Below are positions 1 through 12,792 of a stretch of DNA of 64,000 bases, piece after piece; positions within the stretch are counted from its first letter, which is position 1; each line of letters starts with the position of its first letter. This stretch comes from Squalus acanthias. Taxonomy: Eukaryota. The notes under the pieces are model-generated. The model did not search any database and had not been told where the DNA came from. It saw nothing but the letters and a program-made list of their open reading frames with translations. The stretch covers positions 151,964,001 to 152,028,000 of the forward strand of contig CM059432.1 of the NCBI GenBank assembly GCA_030390025.1, written 5' to 3'. The translations under genes and the position numbers were made by a program.

Positions 1-634
1 ACCTGACATTATCATAAGCCTCCTTTTTCTGTTTCATTTTAATCTGTATATCTTTAGTCATACAGGGAGCTCTAGCTTTGGATGCCTTTCCTTTCTCCCT
101 TGTGGGAATGTGTTTAGTCTGTACCCAAACTATCTCATTTTTGAAGGTCTCCCATTGCTAATTTACCATTTTCATAGAATAGTACAGCACAGAAGGAGGC
201 CATTCGGCCCATCGATTCTGCGCCGTCTCTTTCGAAGAGCAATCCAGTTAGTCCCACTTCTTTCCCCATATCCCCGCAAATTTTTCTCCTTCAAGTATTT
301 ATCCAATTCCCTTTTGAAGGCTATTTTACATTTTACCTTCCAAAAATTTGATTCCAATTCATCTGGGCCAGATTTCTTTTCAACTCACTGAAATTAGCCC
401 TCCTCCAGTTGAGCAGTTTCACATTTAATTTTCCTTGTCCTTTTCCATAACTACGCGAAACCTAATATTGTGATCACTGTTCCCCAAATGCTTCCCCACT
501 GAAACGTGCTCCACTTGCCCTACTTCATTCCCCAGAACTAGATCCAGCACCGTTTCCTTCTTTGTTGACCTAGCAGCAAAAGTTATCTTTGCCCTTTTCA
601 CTGACATTTTCCGAGTCTATATTAGGATAATTGA
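1..634 (-). mobile_element. Degraded CR1 LINE fragment (endonuclease region) with nested CR1 3' end at ~175-330
   Basis: ORF 425..607 LDLVLGNE...LGNSDHN; CR1 3'-UTR hairpin/tail. Confidence 0.75.
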
Positions 635-3600
635 AGTCATAGAGTTATACAGCACAGAAAGAGGCCCTTCGGCCCATCGTGTCCGCACCAGCCATCAAAC
701 CCTGTCTATTCTAATCCCATTTTCCAGCACTTGGTCCGTAGCCTTGTATGCTATGGCGTTTCAAGTGCTCATCTAAATGCTTCTTGAATGTTGTGAGGGT
801 TCCTGCCTCTACCACCCTTTCAGGCAGTGAGTTCCAGATTCCAACCACCCTCTGGGTGAAAAAGTTTTTCCTCAAATCCCCTCTAAACCTCCTGCCCCTT
901 ACCTTGAAACTATGCCCCCTGGTTATTGACCCCTCTACTAAGGGGAAAAGTTCCTTTCTATATCTATGCCCCTCATAATTTTGTACACCTCAATCAGGTC
1001 CCCCCTCAGCCTTCTCTGCTCTGAGGAAAACAACCCCAGCCTGTCCAGTCTCTCTTCATAGCTGAAGCGCTCCAGCCCAGGTAACATCTTGGTGAATCTC
1101 CTCTGCAGCCTCTCCAATGCAATCACATCCCTCCTAAAGTGTGGTGACCAGAACTGCACACAGTATTCCAGCTGTGGCCTAACTAGCGTTTTGTACAGCT
1201 CCATCATAACCTCCCTGCTCTTATATTCTATGCCTCGGCTAATGAAGGCAAGTATCCCATATGCCTTTTTAACCACCTTATCTACCTGTCCTGCTGCCTT
1301 CAGGGATCTATGTACATGCACACCAAGGTCCCTCTCATCCTCTGTCCTTCTTAGGATCCTACCATTCATTGTGTATTCCCTTGCCTTGTTTGTCCTCCCA
1401 AAATGCATCACCTCACACTTTTCAGGGTTAAATTCCATTTGCCACTGTTCTGCCCATCTAACCATCCCGTCTATATCGTCCTGTAGCCTGAGGCTTCCCT
1501 CCTCGCTATTTGCCACTCCACCAATTTTCGTGTCATCTGCGAACTTACTGATCATACCTCCTACATTCATATCTAAATCATTAACATACACTACAAACAG
1601 CAAAGGACCCAGCACCGATCCCTGCGGTACACCACTGGACACAGGCTTCCAGTCACAAAAACAACCTTCGACCATCACCCTCTGCCTCCTGCCACTAAGC
1701 CAATTTTGGATCCAATGTGCCAAATTGCCCTGGATCCCATGGGCTCTTACCTTCATGACCAGTCTCCCATGTGGGACTTTGTCAAAAGCCTTACTGAAGT
1801 CCATGTAGACGACATCAACTGCACTACCCTCATCCACACACCTAGTTACCCCCTCGAAAAATTCAATCAAATTGGTCAGACATGATCGCCCCCTGACAAA
1901 GCCATGCTGACTATCCCTGATTAATCCCTGCCTCTCCAAGTGGAGACTAATTCTGTCCCTCAGAATTTTTTCCAATAATTTCCCTACCACTGATGTTAGG
2001 CTCACTGGCCTGTAATTCCCTGGTTTATTCCTACTACCCTTCTTGAATAATGGTACTATGTTAGCTGTTCTCCAGTCCTCTGAAAATTTGTGTCAGAGCC
2101 CCTGCAATCTCCTCCCTTGCCTCACACAGCAGCCTGGGATACATCCCGTCAGGGCCTGGGGATTTATCCACTTTTAAGCCCGCTAAAACCGCTAGTACCT
2201 CCTCCCTCTCAATACTAATTTGTTGAAGTATATCACAATCCCCCTGCCTGATTTCTATGCCTACATCACCCTTCTCCATAGTGAACACAGATGCAAAATA
2301 TTCATTTAAAACCTCACCTACATCTTCTGGCTCGACACATAGATTGCCACTTTGGTCCCTAATGGGCGCTACTCTTTCCCTGGTTATCCTCTTGCCCTTA
2401 ATATACTTATAAAACACCTTGGGATTTTCCTTTATTTTGCCTGCCAGTGTTTTTTCATGCCCCCTCTTCGCTCTCCTAATTTCTTTAAGTACCCCCCTGC
2501 ACTTTCTATATTCCTCTAGGGCTTCCACTGTTTTTAGTCCTTTGTATCTGCCAAAAGCCGCCCTTTTTTTCCTAATCCATTCTTGTATATTCCTTGACAT
2601 CCAGGGTTCCCTGGGCTTGTTGGTCCCACCCTTGACCTTTACGGGAACATGTTGCCGTTGTACTCTCTCTATTTCCTTTCTGAAAGACTCCCACTGCTCT
2701 GATGTGGATTTTCCTACAAGTAGCTTATCCCAATCCACTTTGGCCAGATCCTGCCTTATCATATTAAAATCGGCCTTCCCCCAATTTAGAACCTTTATTT
2801 CTGGCCCATCTTTGTCCTTTTCCATAACTACCTTAAATCTCACCGAATTACGGTCACTGTCACCAAAATGCTCTCCTACTGACACTTCTACCACTTGCCT
2901 GGCTACATTCCCTAGAATTAGGTCCACTACCGCCCCCTCTCTTGTAGGACTTTCTACATGCTGGCTCAAAAAGCTCTCCTGGATTCGCTTTAAGAATTCT
3001 GCACCCTCAAAGCCTTTCACACTCTGACTATCCCAGTTAATATTGGGGAAGTTGAAATCCCCTACTATTATTACCCTATTATTTCTACACTTCTCTGAGA
3101 TTTGCCTACATATCTGTTCCTCTATCTCCCCCTGACTGTTTGGGGGCCTATAGTACACTCCCAGCAAAGTGCTTGCCCCCTTTTTTAAGTTCTACCCATA
3201 TGGCCTCATTAGAGGAACCTGCTAAGATATCATCCCTTCTTACAGCAGTAATTGACTCCTTGATTAATATTGCGACACCCCCCTCCTCTTTTACACCCCC
3301 CTCTGTCTTGCCTGAAGATTCTATACCCCGGAATATTGAGCTGCCAGTCCTGCCCCCCCCCCCTCAACCATGTCTCTGTGACAGCAACAATATCATACTC
3401 CCATGTGTTCATCAACACCTTCAATTTATCAGCCTTACTCGCAAGACTCCTTGCATTAAAATAAATGCCATCCAGCCTTGCCATACTCCCTTGTGCCGTT
3501 ACATATTTGCTCTGGCTTCCAGGCTGACTTGTTTTTTCCTCTATATTTGGCTGTGCATCACCCCCTACTATAGCTCCACTCTGTATCCCATCCCCCTGCC

Positions 3601-3790
3601 AAGTTAGTTTAAACGCCCCCCAACAGCACTAGCAAACCTCCCCGCAAGGATGTTGGTCCCGTTCCGGTTCAGGTGCAACCCGTCCGACTTGTACAGGTCC
3701 CACCTTCCCCAGAAGCAGACCCAGTGATCCCGGAAACTAAAGCCCTCCCTCCTGCAGGAGGGACCACACACACTCAATCCATGCACATGA
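635..3790 (-). mobile_element. CR1 LINE, 5'-truncated: end of ORF1 esterase, broken ORF2 (APE endonuclease + RT), 3' UTR
   Basis: ORFs 3604..3801 (DGLHLN), 3230..3484, 2061..3167 (YRPP, GDFN), 938..2005 ([14 protein letters not shown]). Confidence 0.95.
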
Positions 3791-4110
3791 GTTATTGTCA
3801 ATGAATTTTAGTTGTAATCTTGAACATGAACTGTTGTTGGTTAAAGTATAATGGCATTTTCTGGGAAAGCGAGATACATGTATTGCACTATTTGATATAA
3901 TGTTGGAAATAACTAAATGGTGACCTGTAGGCCATATAGACTACCAAACTGTGTAAGATCATGAACTAATGAACTGGAAAATCTATTTTTCAGGATGTAT
4001 AACTATTTATTTGAAATATTAAGCAATTTTCTATTGGTATTTTTTACTTTAGATAAAATTGGTAAATTGCTTGACTAAATATTAATTGGATTTAACTTTT
4101 TTTTACATAG

Positions 4111-4220
4111 CAGGGATCTGGCAACAGTTCTATAGCACGAAGCACACCGCGTTCACCTGCAGGTTGGACCAGTCCCCTCACTTCACCAACCAACACAACT
4201 CAGAATACTCTACCACCAAG
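4111..4220 (+). CDS. CLASP2: CLASP2 internal coding exon (QGSGNSSIARSTPRSPAGWTSPLTSPTNTTQNTLPP), first in window
   Basis: Poly-T tract + TAG/CAG acceptor, GTAATG donor at 4221; peptide matches remembered CLASP2 'TPRSPANWSSPLTSPTNTSQNTLSPS'; phase 2 end matches next exon. Confidence 0.9.
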
Positions 4221-4984
4221 GTAATGTGAACTTAAGAGGTGAGATGCCATTAGTTATTGAAGAATGAGCTCGCAGACTTGTATTTAGGCATCACTTCGAA
4301 GAACTTTTGTAGCTCCAGAAATAAGTTCTCATCGGTTATTTACACATTCATGTAGGTAGATTTAATTAGAAGTACTAATTGATTAAAATATCAAATCATA
4401 AATGTATTGAAAACCCACATTAGTGATCCACTTGAATTTGTGCATTTTAGGCAAGATTTTAATGGGGGAAGGCAGGAGGAATGAGCCTCTGACGCTAGCA
4501 GGATTGATGGTGAACTGAGCTGTCTTTAGGCACTGACAAAACCCATGGCTTCACCTTGGGCATTTCACATATTTCAAGCAGTCAAGCTAGCAATTGCATC
4601 CTTCACCTTGCCATGGAGCAGGCCTGCGTGGAATTTTGTATTTAACTACAAAAACGCAAAGTAGACAAAATGCAACAGGGTTAACTGGCTATACTTCTAA
4701 ATAACTCTCATTAATCAAGCTGTATGTGAACAGTTATCCACTGGTAGATTAGTCCACTTGCTATTTCTGCATGTGAATAGAAATAATGACACTCGTGCAG
4801 GAGCGGGATTGGGACTTTGAAGTACAATGTGAAAAAGCAGTGCAGAAAAGCAAGACTACCTTGAACCTTGCTGAGGGCAGTGTCACAGACTTGTAATAAT
4901 TGAGTTGGCCTATGATCAATATAGTGAGTTCCCTGGTTTAGAGGGTAAGCTAGAAATATTAGAATTTTAAGTCTTTCCAAGTTT

Positions 4985-6440
4985 GGATGAGCAGGCTGAC
5001 CATGGTGCAGGAGGCCATTCAAGTGGGGGTAGTGAAAGGGAATGTAGTTGTGGTAGGGGACAGTATAGTCAGGGGGATAGATACTATTCTCTGCAGCCGC
5101 AACCGAGAGTTCCGAAGGTTGTGTTGCCTGCCCCGGTGCCAAGGTTAAAGACGACATCTCGCAGCTGGAGAAGAACTTGGAGTGGGAGGGAAAGGATCCA
5201 GTTGTCGTGGTCCACGTAGGAACCAACGACATAGGTAGAACTAGGAATGAGGTTCTGCTGGGGGAGTTTGAGGAGCTAGAATCCAAATTAAAAAGCAGAA
5301 CCTCAAAGGTAATAATCTCTGGATTGTTACCTGAGCCACGCGCAAATTGGCATAGCGACAAACAGATTAGAGGTTTAAATGCGTGGCTCAGAGTGGTGTG
5401 GGAGGAAGGGGTTTCGGTTCATGGGGCACTGGCACTAGTACTGGGGAAAGAGGGAGCTGTTCCGTTGGGACGGGCTCCACTTAAACCAGGCTGGGACCAG
5501 TGTCCTGGCGAACCGAATAACTGGGGCAGTAGACAGGGCTTTAAACTAATGAAGGGGGGGGCCGGAGGATTCAGGAAAGAGTAAATTTAAAAGCAGCGGA
5601 GAGAAATATCAAGGCTCTAGAGCAGAGTAGAGTTTTGGGTAAAAATAAGCAGAGTGGGTCAGGAAGGGACAGAGAGAGTAACAAAGTTAATAAGGCATCA
5701 GTGACTAAGGTGACATAAGGGAAAAAGAGAAATAAGTAAAAGCTAAAGGCACTATATCTGAATGCGTGAAGCATTCGCAGCAAAATAGATGAATTAATAG
5801 CGCAGATGGAAATTAACAGGTTTGATCTAATAGCCATAATGGAGACGTGGTTGCAAAGTGGCCAAGGTTGGGAACTAAATATTCCAGGATACATAACTTA
5901 TGAAGGGATAGGCAAAATGGAAAAGGACTTATGAAAGGGAAATCGCGTTTGACAAATCTGTTGGAGTTTTTTGAGGTTGTAACTAGCAGAATAGATAAAG
6001 GGGAACCAGTGGATGTGGTGTACTTGGATTTTCAGAAGGCATTCGATAAGGTGCCACACAAGAGGTTATTAAACAAAATTAGGGCTCATGGGATTGGGGG
6101 TAATATACTAGTATGGATTGAGGATTGGTTAACTGACAGAAAACAGAGTAGGAATAAACGGGTCATTTTAGGGTTGGCAGGCTGTAACTAGTGGGGTAAC
6201 GCAAGGATTAGTGCTTGGGCCTCAGCTATTCACAATCTACATCAATGATTTGAATGAGGGGACCAAATGTAATATATCCAAGTTTGCTGATGATACAATA
6301 TTAAGGGAATCAAGGGATATGGGGATAGTTCAGGAAAGTGGAGATGAAGTGGAAGATCAGCCATGATCTTATTGAATGGCGGAGCAGGCTCGAAGGGCCA
6401 AATGGCCTACTCCTGCTCCTGTTTCTTATGTTCTTATGCT
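4985..6440 (+). mobile_element. Internally deleted CR1 LINE (ORF1 esterase, EN start, RT fragment, 3' UTR)
   Basis: HVGTND in ORF 5177; YLDFQKAFDKVPH in ORF 5931; tail TTCTTATGTTCTTATG. Confidence 0.9.
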
Positions 6441-6529
6441 CCCGTACCCTAAAAAAAAAAGGCCAACTCTACTGGCTGAATAAAATAATATTTCTTGTGA
6501 GAAGATGAGTGAAATATTTTCTTTAGAAT

Positions 6530-6980
6530 AGAAAGAACTTGCATTTATATAATGCTTTTCATGACCTCAGGATGTTTCCAAGTGCTTTACAGCCAATGAA
6601 GTACTTTTGAAGTGTAATCACTGTAGTAGGAAACACGGCAGCCAATTTGCACACAACAAGCTCTCACAATCAGCAATGTGAGATTGACAAGATAATCTGT
6701 TTGGTTGAGGGTTTAATATCAGCTAGGACACTGGGGAGAACTCACCTGCTATTCTTCGAAATAGTGCCATGGGATCTTTTATGTCCACCTGAGAGCACAG
6801 TTGAGGCCTTGGTTTAACGTCTCATCCGAAAGACGGCACCTCCGACTGTGCAGCACTCCCTCAGTACTATACTGGAGTGTCAGCCTAGATTTTGTGCTCA
6901 GGTTTCTGGAGTGGGATTTGAACCCACAGCCTTCTGATTTTAGAGGCGAGAGTGCTACCAACTGAGCCAAGGCTGACACA
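6530..6980 (-). mobile_element. tRNA-derived Deu-domain SINE (SacSINE1-like) with L2-type tail
   Basis: Minus-strand A box TGGCTCAGTTGG and B box GGTTCAAATCC; tail ...TATATAAATGCAAG; homologous copies at 14706 and 25812. Confidence 0.75.
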
Positions 6981-7010
6981 TCTGTGCACAACTGTGCTTG
7001 AGAAAGTAAT

Positions 7011-7445
7011 GGCTCTGAATTTCCAATCGGAGGGTTCCTGCGGGCAGATGCCTCTGATCGGAAAGAAATCTACGAACTTACCTGCTGGTTCCATAGATCC
7101 CAAGGCTTGCGATCCTGGGCCTCTCCTCTTCGAAATGCGCAGAGGCCCAGGTATCCCAGGGGTGCATGCGGTTCGCAAGCGCCCCTGGGATCACGTGGGC
7201 CAGGTGAACCAATGGAAGAAGGGAATCCCCCTTCATACTTTTGACAGTTCCGTACGGACAGAACTGTCAAAAGTATGAATGGGGATCACATTTAAAAACA
7301 CACTATAAAACATTTTTTAAAAAAAATTAATTACATAATTAAAATTAATTAAAATGCCATTTAATTAAATATTTTAAACAAAAATTTAATTTTTTGAAAA
7401 AAATTAAATGTTTTTACTGGGATAAAAATAAATGTAACTTTTTGA
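7011..7445. mobile_element. Harbinger-type MITE, left part (family of 44211-44965); resumes at ~9760-9843 after an L2 insertion
   Basis: Terminus GGCTCTGAATTTCCAATC after AAT; colinear with reverse complement of 44965 downward. Confidence 0.75.
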
Positions 7446-9759
7446 AGAGTTGCCCCCAACCCTACTTCTGTGTCTGCCCTTGGAAAAAACAACTCTCCCA
7501 ACTCTCTCAACTGTACTTATGAAATCCCAACTGTCCAGCCTCTGGCCCTCCATTCACCTTGACATTTCTGCAGCTACCGATCTGCTCAACCACACCCTCA
7601 CCACTATCTTTGATGCCCTCGTCCCTACTAAAACAATTACCCTCTCTCACCCTGGCCGCTCCCCCTGGTACGGCGCTCATCTTCACTCCCTTAAGTCCAA
7701 GGGACACAGACTCGAACGGATATGGCAGACAATCGGTTTAGCCATTCACCGCCAGATCTGGCTGGACCACATAAAGCATTATCGGGCCCTGCTCTCGTCT
7801 GCCAAAATTGCTCACTATTCCAGAATCATTCTGGAATGCAAAGATAAACCCCAGCTCCTATTCTCTACTGCTAACCGTCTTTTTAAACCCCTCTCCCCTG
7901 TCTCCTCCACCCTCACCTCCGATAACAAATGTGAGGAGCTCATGGACTTCTTTGTCTCTAAGTTTGAGACCATCCGTTCAGCTGCCTCTGCCACTTCCCT
8001 TCCTTCCCCTAGCCCACTGGGCCAAACTTCCTCTAAGGTTCCCCCCCTGCCCTACCCCTGAACTCACACCTTTCTCCAGTTTCTCTCTGATCTCCCCTCA
8101 TGACCTCTCCACGCTCATCTTGTCTATGAGACCCACCTCCTGCTCCCTCGACCCTATTCCCACCAAACTGCTGACCACCCAACTTCCTTTTCTGGCTCCC
8201 ATGTTAGCTGATATTGTTAACAGTTCTCTCTCCTCAGGTACTGTCCCCCTCTCCCTCAAATCTGCTGTCATCACCCCTCTCCTCAAAAACCCAAACCTTG
8301 ATTCCTCCGTCCTTGCAAACTACTGCTCCATCTCCAACCTCCCTTTCCTCTCCAGAGTCCTTGAACGTTTTATCGCCTCCCAAATCCGTGCCCATCTTTC
8401 CCGCAATTCCATGTTTGAATCCCTCCAATCAGGTTTCCGCCCTTGCCGCGGTACCGAAACGGCTCTCATCAAAGTCACAAATGACATCCTTTGTGACTGT
8501 GACAAAGGTAAACTATCCCTCCTCATCCTTCTCGACCTGTCTGCAGCCTTTGACACGGTTGACCACTCCATCCTTCTCCACCGTCGTCCAGCTGGGAGGG
8601 ACTGCACTCGCCTGATTCCATTCTTATCTATCTAATCATAACCAGGGAATCACTTGCAACGGCTTCTCTTCCCGCTCCCGCATCGTTACCTCTGGTGTCC
8701 CCCAAGGATCTATCCTTGGCCCCCCTCCTATTTCTCATCTACATGTTGCCCCTTGGTGACATAATCCGAAAACACAGTGTCAGTTTCCACATGTACGCTG
8801 ACGACACCCAGCTCTACCTCACTACCTCTTCTCTCGACCCCTCCATGGTGTCTAAATTATCAGACTGCTTGTCCGACATACATTTTTGGACGAGCAAAAA
8901 ATTTTCTCCAATTAAATATTGGGAAGACCGAAGTCATTGTTTTCAGTCCCCGCCACAAACTCTGTTCCCTAGCCACTAACTCCATCCCTCTCCCTAACAT
9001 CTGTTTGAGGCTGAACCACACTTCGCAACCTTGGTGTCATATTTGACCCTGAAATGAGCTTCCGACCACATATCCGCAGCATAACAAAGACCGCCTACTT
9101 CCACCTCCGTAACATCGCCTGTCTCCGCCCTTGCCTCAGCTCATCCGCTGCTGAAACCCTCATCCATGCCTTTGTTACCTCTAGACTTGACTATTCCAAC
9201 GCACTCCTGGCTGGCCTCCCACATTCCACCCTACGTAACCTTGAGGTCATCCAAAACTCGGCTGCCCCGTGTCCTAACTCGAACCAAGTCCCGTTCACCC
9301 ATCACCCCCGTGCTCGCTGACCTACATTGGCTCCCGGTTAAGCAACACCTCGATTTCAAAATTCTCATCCTTGTTTTCAAATCCCTCCATGGCCTCGCCC
9401 CTTCCTATCTCTGTAATCTCCTTCAGCCCCACAACCCCCCGAGATATCTGCGCTCCTCTAATTCTGCCCTCTTGAGGATCCCTGATTATAATCGCTCAAC
9501 CTTTGGTGGCCGTGCCTTCTGTTACCTAGGCCCTAAGCTCTGGAATTCCCTGCCTAAACATCTCCGCCTCGCTACCTCTCTTTGCTCTTTTAAGACGCTC
9601 CTTAAAACCTACCTCTTTGACCAAGCTTTTGGTCACCTGCCCTAATTTCTCCTTATGTGGATCGGTGTCAAATTTTTGTCTTAAAATACCCCTGTGCAGC
9701 GCCTTGGGACATTTTACTACGTTAAAGGCGCTATATACTGTAAATACTTGTTGTTGTTG
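7446..9759 (+). mobile_element. L2 LINE, 5'-truncated (RT and 3' end)
   Basis: LDPIPT, QSGFR, LDLSAAFDTVDH, YADDTQLY, SRLDYSN, LHWLPV; tail AAAGGCGCTATA...TTGTTGTTG. Confidence 0.95.
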
Positions 9760-10335
9760 AGTATTTTTAATTTATAAATGAGTTATCAAATTTCATTTTA
9801 CTATTTTTTAAAACTCTTAAGCTGGTAAAAGCAGGCCTTATGCTTTTGTCTCATAACCTCCTGTGAAGCACCGTGAACCATTATACTAGTTACAAGTGCT
9901 ATATAAATGCAAATTGTTGTTGTCAAATTTAGAAAATCATGTTTCCTCAGTTTGTTACCTTCAGCAGCCCAACCCGCTCAGTCTTTTTATGACTCTCTAT
10001 CTATTCACAATTCTTGAGTGCCTTTGATGTTTTTCTTTCTGTCATTCTGTGTAATACTTTTCCAAGTGTGTGTCATATGTATGTTTACGACAGCACGCAG
10101 TGCCCTGTACAAATTATTGGACAAGTTTAAACTGCACTTATAAGTTGGCTAGTGTGTGGCAAAGCATCTGGGAATTGAGGAAAAGAAAAATAGACTTCTG
10201 TACAAAAATTACAAAATGATAAAGAATTCATTCATGTTCTTTTAGTGACAGTAGGGTATGGGATGGGGCAGAAAGCAGAGACTGGCACTGACATTATTGG
10301 TTTCCTTCCTGTGCAACTTTTTGTTCTGTAAACAG

Positions 10336-10492
10336 TGCATTTAACTATGACGCAGAGAACATGAATTCAGAAGAAATATACTGCTCTCTTCGAGGAGTGA
10401 CTGAAGCAATCCAGAACTTTAGTCTTCTTAGTCAAGAAGAAATGAATGAACCTTTGAGACGGGATGCTAAAAAAGATGATGATGGGGAACTG
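10336..10492 (+). CDS. CLASP2: CLASP2 coding exon (AFNYDAENMNSEEIYCSLRGVTEAIQNFSLLSQEEMNEPLRRDAKKDDDGEL)
   Basis: AACAG acceptor, GTGAGT donor; in frame with neighbours; CLASP signature ENMNSE.IY.SLRGVTEAIQNFS. Confidence 0.95.
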
Positions 10493-11299
10493 GTGAGTAT
10501 TTTATGCATTTTTATGAAAAGTATTTCAGCTTAGTTGATGCCAACTTGGGGTGGATGGAGGATATTTCTTTGACCATGTAAAAAATATGTAGTGCTCCCC
10601 TCTCTTCCTCTCCCCTTCCCTGCCCCCCCCCCCCCAACCAAAATGGCTGTAAAGGTAATGAATAATTGAGACACATGGGCCAGAAGGTCCCAGATCGATT
10701 CGCAGCCTGTGTAATGAGTTAGTTGAGCTGGGGAAATAGCTGAGGTGCTGCAGTTGGTGTCAGCACTCCTGGACTAGGAGTGGGAAAATCATCCAGGGTT
10801 CCACTCCTGAAGTCTATCCAGTGACCGTTGTTGACAATTGTGAATTTGTGGAGGTAGAGCCTTCAGCCACATCAGCCCTACTCTCTGGAGCTCCCAACAT
10901 AAACCAATCCCCCTCTTTTTAAAAAAAAACCTTCTCAAAACCCATCTTTGACCAATCCTAGTCACCTGTCCTACTACTCTCTCCTTTGCTCACCATCTGC
11001 TCCTTTATTCCTTCCATTTCTTTTCTTCCCTCTACGTAAAATACCATTGGGACATTTTCTACATTATAAGTTTCATATAAGTACATGTATTTCTTGTGTT
11101 TTGCTTTCCTGGATTTAATAAGGAATTGTAATCAGAATATATTCTGCTCTCCCTCTAACTATCTTGCACATATAGTACTTATTTTATTGTTTCCAATAGT
11201 TTCCTTGTGGTTATCCGATAATGAGATTTGTATGGAGCAGAAAAACCGTTGTATTCCTTGAGTGTACACAAGCAAATCTGAGGTTTAAATACTGATAAA

Positions 11300-11810
11300 A
11301 GAATTGGATGGAGCTATTTCCTCTGATTGGGGAATCCAGCACAAGAGGGCATGGGTCTGGGGTTTTGGGGAGCAAAGGGAGACTGGAAAATGGGTTCAGG
11401 GGATGGAGCCTAGCATTTCCTGCAGAACCAGGAGCAGCAGCAACGTCGTGAGTGGGACCGGCACAGAGAGAGGAGCAGCTCGTGAATTGGTGAGTGAAAC
11501 CTGGGAACTTTACTGTGGGTAAACAGTGAAAAATTGTTTCCACTGGTGGGCAAATGAAGAACAAGAGCACGGAGACTGAGAATTCTCACAGGAAGAACCA
11601 GTGGGGAAGGGAGAGGGAAGGTTTTTGATCATTAAACCATGGGATGGTTCACCACAAGTGACTATTGAGGCAGAGACTATATCATCATTTAAAAGGGCAA
11701 TGGGATAAGGATTTGAAAAGGATAAACATAAAAGGATCTGGGGGGAAATGGTGGATTACAGGAGAGAGCGCCAGTAACGACACATCCTGTGCTCTACTTT
11801 CTATCATTCT
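11300..11810 (+). mobile_element. Degraded CR1 3' fragment(s)
   Basis: TRGH-like and 3'-UTR-like sequence, tail TTTCTATCATTCTATG. Confidence 0.55.
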
Positions 11811-12180
11811 ATGAAAACTCTCCTTTATTGAGTCCGAGCCCAGGGAGTGGTTTAGAACTGTTGGTGCTGAGGTGAGTTTAGGACCTTGTGTCCTATGAGA
11901 AGTGCCCCAAACACCGAACCCACTATCCTTTGTTCAGTGAGTTGCCAAGCACTTATTTGCTAGATTCTCACATTTAGAATGGGCACTTGGATGAGGTGCC
12001 AACAAGCTGGCACTATGAATGGAAGTATATTCAGAATGAGTCATTCCTTTTAGGAGAGAAAGGGAGAAAATAGGGTGTGGGGAGAAATACAGTGAGGAAA
12101 AAAGGGAGGAATACTTTCTCTGCAACGCCTTAAACCATGGTTTTAGTAATGGTACTTATTTTTCCACTTCTGTTCGATAG

Positions 12181-12400
12181 GCCACTGGTGGAGTTGCCGA
12201 TATCCGAGGAGGCGGTGATGCCACTGACTCGGGGCGAACTGCTCTGGACAATAAGACTTCACTGCTGAACACCATGCCACAACGCAGTAGCTCACGACCA
12301 CGTGATTATAATCCCTACAACTATTCTGATAGCTCTTCTGTCAATAAGTCTGCCTTAAAAGAAGCCATGTTTGATGATGATGCTGAACAGTTTCCTGATG
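12181..12400 (+). CDS. CLASP2: CLASP2 coding exon (ATGGVADIRGGGDATDSGRTALDNKTSLL...RDYNPYNYSD...KSALKEAMFDDDAEQFPD)
   Basis: TAG acceptor, GTAAGT donor at 12401; CLASP2-type DYNPYNYSD and KSALKEAMFDDD motifs. Confidence 0.95.
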
Positions 12401-12444
12401 GTAAGTAGCAGACATATTTCAGGATTAAGTACCTTTATTTTTCT

Positions 12445-12792
12445 TCGCCCCTTCCTATCTCTGTAATCTCCTTCAGCCCCACAGCCCCCCACCCCCCACC
12501 CCGAGATATCTGCGCTCCTCTAATTCTGCCCTCTTGAGGATCCCTGATTATAATCGCTCAACCTTTGGTGGCCGTGCCTTCTGTTGCCTCGGCCCTAAGC
12601 TCTGGAATTCCCTCCCGAAACCTCTCCGCCTCTCAACCTCTCTTTCCTCCTTTAAGACGCTCCTTAAAACCTACCTCTTTGACCAAGCTTTTGGTCACCT
12701 GCCCTAATTTCTCCTTATGTGGATCGGTATCAAATTTGTTGTCTTAAAATACTCCTGTGCAGCGCCTTGGGACGTTTTACCACATTAAAGGT
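12445..12792 (+). mobile_element. L2 3' fragment
   Basis: Near-identical to 9394-9759. Confidence 0.9.

Noticed and set aside
1089..3027. Long + strand ORFs (239 and 202 aa), and similar ones opposite other LINEs
   Set aside because: Antisense shadows of CR1 ORF2
6895..6980. tRNA gene
   Set aside because: A/B boxes belong to a SINE head continuous with the Deu body and LINE tail
10660..10850. Naming a SINE-like fragment as LF-SINE
   Set aside because: Looks like a degraded tRNA-SINE, but I cannot match it to a specific family without a search
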